A DNA stretch of 64,000 nucleotides from Deferribacterales bacterium. Its GTDB lineage: Bacteria > Chrysiogenota > Deferribacteres > Deferribacterales > Geovibrionaceae. The stretch spans positions 1-64,000 of the forward strand of contig JBFWJG010000002.1 of the NCBI GenBank assembly GCA_050253335.1. Reading direction: 5' to 3'. The notes below the pieces were generated by a model. The model made no database searches. It saw only the letters and a program-made list of their open reading frames with translations, and was not told the origin of the DNA. The position numbers were made by a program, and so were the translations under genes. Of this stretch, positions 61,151-64,000 are shown one piece after another. Position 1 is the stretch's first letter. Each line of letters starts with the position of its first letter.

Positions 61151-61996
61151 ATGCCGACTAAGATTGACGGAAAAGAACTGGCACAGAAGATCAGAAACGG
61201 CCTGAGAGAGAAAGCCGCAGAGTACAAAGACAAAACCGGACGTGTGCCCGGTCTTGCCGTTATCCTTGTGGGTGAGGACCCTGCAAGTCAGGTTTATGTC
61301 CGCATGAAGAACAAAGCCTGTGAGGAAGCGGGTTTTAAATCCATAGTGGACAGGATGCCCGATACCACTTCCACGGAAGAACTTCTTGCAAGGGTTGAGC
61401 AGTACAACAACGATGCCTCAATAAACGGCATACTTGTTCAGCTTCCTCTGCCTAAGCAGATAGACGAGAAGAAAGTTCTGTACGCCATCAGGCCGGAGAA
61501 AGATGTTGACGGCTTCCATCCCGTTAATGTCGGTCTTCTTAACATAGGCGAAGATGCCCTTGCTCCCTGCACTCCTGCGGGTGTTATGGTTATGTTCGAG
61601 GAATACGGCATAGAGCTCAGCGGCAAGAACGTTGCGGTTCTCGGCAGAAGCAACATAGTGGGCAAGCCTATGGCGGCTCTGCTTATAAAGGCTAACGCCA
61701 CCGTAACCGTGTGCCACTCACGCACAAAAAATATAAAAGATATCTGCCGCAAGTCAGACATAATAGTGGCTGCTATCGGCAAGGCAAACTTTGTCACTGC
61801 TGATATGGTAAGCGACGGTGCGGTCATAATAGACGTGGGCATAAACAGGATAGAGGACAAGCTTGTGGGCGATGTGGACTATGACGCTGTTTACAGCAAG
61901 GCTTCATACATCACCCCCGTGCCCGGCGGAGTCGGCCCTATGACAATTGCCATGCTTCTCAGCAACACACTGAAAGCGTTCGAGAAAACACTCTAA
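61151..61996 (+). CDS. folD: Methylenetetrahydrofolate dehydrogenase/cyclohydrolase
   Basis: GILVQLPLP, KDVDGFHP and TPVPGGVGPMT. Confidence 0.97.
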   Translation: MPTKIDGKELAQKIRNGLREKAAEYKDKTGRVPGLAVILVGEDPASQVYVRMKNKACEEAGFKSIVDRMPDTTSTEELLARVEQYNNDASINGILVQLPLPKQIDEKKVLYAIRPEKDVDGFHPVNVGLLNIGEDALAPCTPAGVMVMFEEYGIELSGKNVAVLGRSNIVGKPMAALLIKANATVTVCHSRTKNIKDICRKSDIIVAAIGKANFVTADMVSDGAVIIDVGINRIEDKLVGDVDYDAVYSKASYITPVPGGVGPMTIAMLLSNTLKAFEKTL

Positions 61997-62011
61997 TACG
62001 GTATATGCGGA

Positions 62012-63340
62012 ATGGATACGATAGTTGCACCTATAACTCCCGTCATCCGTTCCGCCGTAACTCTTCTGCGCATTTCCGGCGCTGACAGCCTCAGGGCTCT
62101 GGCGTTCCTTAAAAAGCAGGGCGGCGGCGCTTTCTCCTCTTTGGAACCCCGCATGGTTTACCACGCGCTGTATGATGACGGCAGTGTGCGGGACGATGTT
62201 GTCTTCTGGTATTTCAAATCCCCAAACTCATATACAGGCGAAGATGTTCTGGAAATATCCTTCCACGGCAATCCGCTGATAGTCAGAAGCGCAATAAGCG
62301 CCTTTCTCTCACTGGGAATGCGATTTGCTGAACCCGGCGAGTTTACCCGCAGGGCATTCATAAACGGCAAAATGGATCTTTCGCAGGCCGAGGCGGTGGA
62401 GGAGATGATCTCCGCCAAGTCAGAGGCCGGACTGTTCTATTCATACAACCAGCTCAGGGGAGGTCTGAAAACACAGATTCAGAGCCTGAAATCTTTGTAT
62501 GTGGATGTGCTTACGGTTGTTGAGGCGTATATCGACTTTCCGGAGGAAGATCTCTCAGACAGGGAACTGCACTATATAACAACAAAATATGATCAGATAG
62601 AAGCAGAGCTCAGAGAGCTTGTGAAAAACTATTCAACGCTGAAATCAGTGAACGATGCAGTGTATGTTTCCATTGCCGGACGTCCTAATGTAGGCAAATC
62701 GTCCATCCTCAACTGTATGCTGAAGGAGAACAGGGCTATTGTCTCAGATGTTCCCGGAACAACGAGAGACTTCATAGACGCAGACATGACCTTGGCAGGC
62801 CACCCCGTTAAGATTGTGGACACCGCAGGAATCCGCCACACGGATGACTTTGTGGAGAAAGCAGGGATAGAGCGTTCCCTTGAGCGGGTTGAAAGCTCGC
62901 ATATAGTCATAGCCGTTGTAGATCTTTCTGAAACGCTCACAGCGGAGGACATGCTTGTCCTTGAAAAAACAAAAGACGCAAAACGGATAATAGTAGGAAA
63001 TAAGGCAGATGTGAAAAAACATGACCATGGTGCTGATGTTGAAATATCCGTGAAAACAGGAGAAAATATTCATGAGTTTATGAATCTTCTTGAAAGCCTC
63101 GTTTCTCAGGAAGACTCACAGATTCATGAGCACGCCATAGCTGTTAACGAAAGACAGAAGAACGGTTTTCAGCGTATGCTTGCCTCCCTTGAGGAGATAA
63201 GGGTAATGGGGTGCGGCGACCTTGACGCACTTTCGTTTGAACTGCGTGACAGTCTGAATGTACTCTCTGAAATAACCGGAGAGACTTACACCGAAGAAAT
63301 ATTATCAAACATCTTCAACAGCTTCTGCATCGGTAAATGA
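62012..63340 (+). CDS. mnmE: tRNA modification GTPase MnmE
   Basis: SYTGEDV, GEFTRRAF, GRPNVGKSS, GTTRD and C-terminal FCIGK. Confidence 0.97.
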   Translation: MDTIVAPITPVIRSAVTLLRISGADSLRALAFLKKQGGGAFSSLEPRMVYHALYDDGSVRDDVVFWYFKSPNSYTGEDVLEISFHGNPLIVRSAISAFLSLGMRFAEPGEFTRRAFINGKMDLSQAEAVEEMISAKSEAGLFYSYNQLRGGLKTQIQSLKSLYVDVLTVVEAYIDFPEEDLSDRELHYITTKYDQIEAELRELVKNYSTLKSVNDAVYVSIAGRPNVGKSSILNCMLKENRAIVSDVPGTTRDFIDADMTLAGHPVKIVDTAGIRHTDDFVEKAGIERSLERVESSHIVIAVVDLSETLTAEDMLVLEKTKDAKRIIVGNKADVKKHDHGADVEISVKTGENIHEFMNLLESLVSQEDSQIHEHAIAVNERQKNGFQRMLASLEEIRVMGCGDLDALSFELRDSLNVLSEITGETYTEEILSNIFNSFCIGK

Positions 63341-63348
63341 TGTGCAGT

Positions 63349-63380
63349 TGTGGAAAATTCAGGCTGTTTCACGTGAAACA
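63349..63380. promoter_or_regulatory. DnaA box plus perfect parS site
   Basis: TGTGGAAAA (63349-63357, reverse complement TTTTCCACA) and TGTTTCACGTGAAACA (63365-63380). Confidence 0.85.
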
Positions 63381-63560
63381 AATATATTATTAGTGTGAGT
63401 TCTGAAAGGTTTGGGGAGATTGTTTCTGAATGTTTCCCCGCCTGAATATAATATTAGTTGGTGCATCTTCTCATCAATGTATGAAGATGCTCCTGAATCC
63501 CTTCCTAAGAAAGCATGAAGATAATGTTTCTGAAGAAGGCAATAAGCAAACAGGTGAGAA

Positions 63561-64000
63561 ATGCTTGTTTATGACAAGTTTTATGATGTGATTGTGGTTG
63601 GCGCCGGACATGCCGGCTGTGAGGCAGCGCTTGCCTCAGCCCGTATGGGTGCGTCAACGGCGCTTTTTACCATTAATGCGGACAATGTTGCGCATATGAG
63701 CTGCAACCCTGCTATCGGAGGTCTTGCTAAAGGAAATATCGTTAAGGATATTGACGCTCTTGGCGGTGAGATGGGGCGTAATATAGACGAAACAGGAATT
63801 CAGTTCCGTGTCCTGAATATGAAGAAAGGCCCCGCGGTGCGCAGCAGCAGGGCGCAGGCTGATAAAGATCTTTATAAACAGCGGATGCAGCGTGTAATAA
63901 TGGAGCAGCCCGGGCTTGATCTGAAGCAGGCAATGGTTGAAGGATTGTCCATAGAAGACGGGGAAATCAGGGGGATCATAGCAGATACCGGAATGCTTTA
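63561..64000 (+). CDS. mnmG: tRNA modification enzyme MnmG/GidA (5' part; runs off window)
   Basis: Not in the ORF track. Hand translation gives [23 protein letters not shown]...[13 protein letters not shown]...[14 protein letters not shown]. Confidence 0.97.
   Translation, partial: MLVYDKFYDVIVVGAGHAGCEAALASARMGASTALFTINADNVAHMSCNPAIGGLAKGNIVKDIDALGGEMGRNIDETGIQFRVLNMKKGPAVRSSRAQADKDLYKQRMQRVIMEQPGLDLKQAMVEGLSIEDGEIRGIIADTGML

Overview
This 64 kb window is bacterial chromosome of roughly 50% GC. Gene content and style suggest an anaerobic respirer, probably Deferribacterales such as Geovibrio (inference only). It appears to span the replication origin: genes left of about 53.7 kb run mostly on the minus strand, and dnaN-recF-gyrB-gyrA-folD-mnmE-mnmG run on the plus strand after an AT-rich spacer with DnaA-box-like and DnaA-trio-like elements. 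There are two parS sites, but no dnaA. The left part holds a multiheme cytochrome c missed by the ORF track, under a clear sigma-54 promoter with its own NtrC-type two-component system. It also has a structured intergenic region behind tandem ModE-like boxes, a Fur/MntP/FeoA metal cluster, a MocR regulator, two RND efflux systems, a kinase-less sensor-REC-HPt protein and a Cada2-like alkylation regulator. The middle is housekeeping (rpsB-tsf, lgt, fba, rlmE, rng, recR, serS, bamD, rimO, ribF) plus a TPR/beta-barrel + FecR pair and two degenerate pseudo-enzymes. Top leads: (1) an Ig-repeat/DUF1566 surface lipoprotein whose C-terminal codons look like a diversity-generating retroelement variable region, with no reverse transcriptase or template repeat in the window; (2) a tandem two-domain Hfq sitting where dnaA normally is; (3) a candidate molybdate/ModE-controlled small RNA. 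No rRNA, tRNA, CRISPR array, transposase or prophage was seen. All calls come from reading the sequence; no database search was run.
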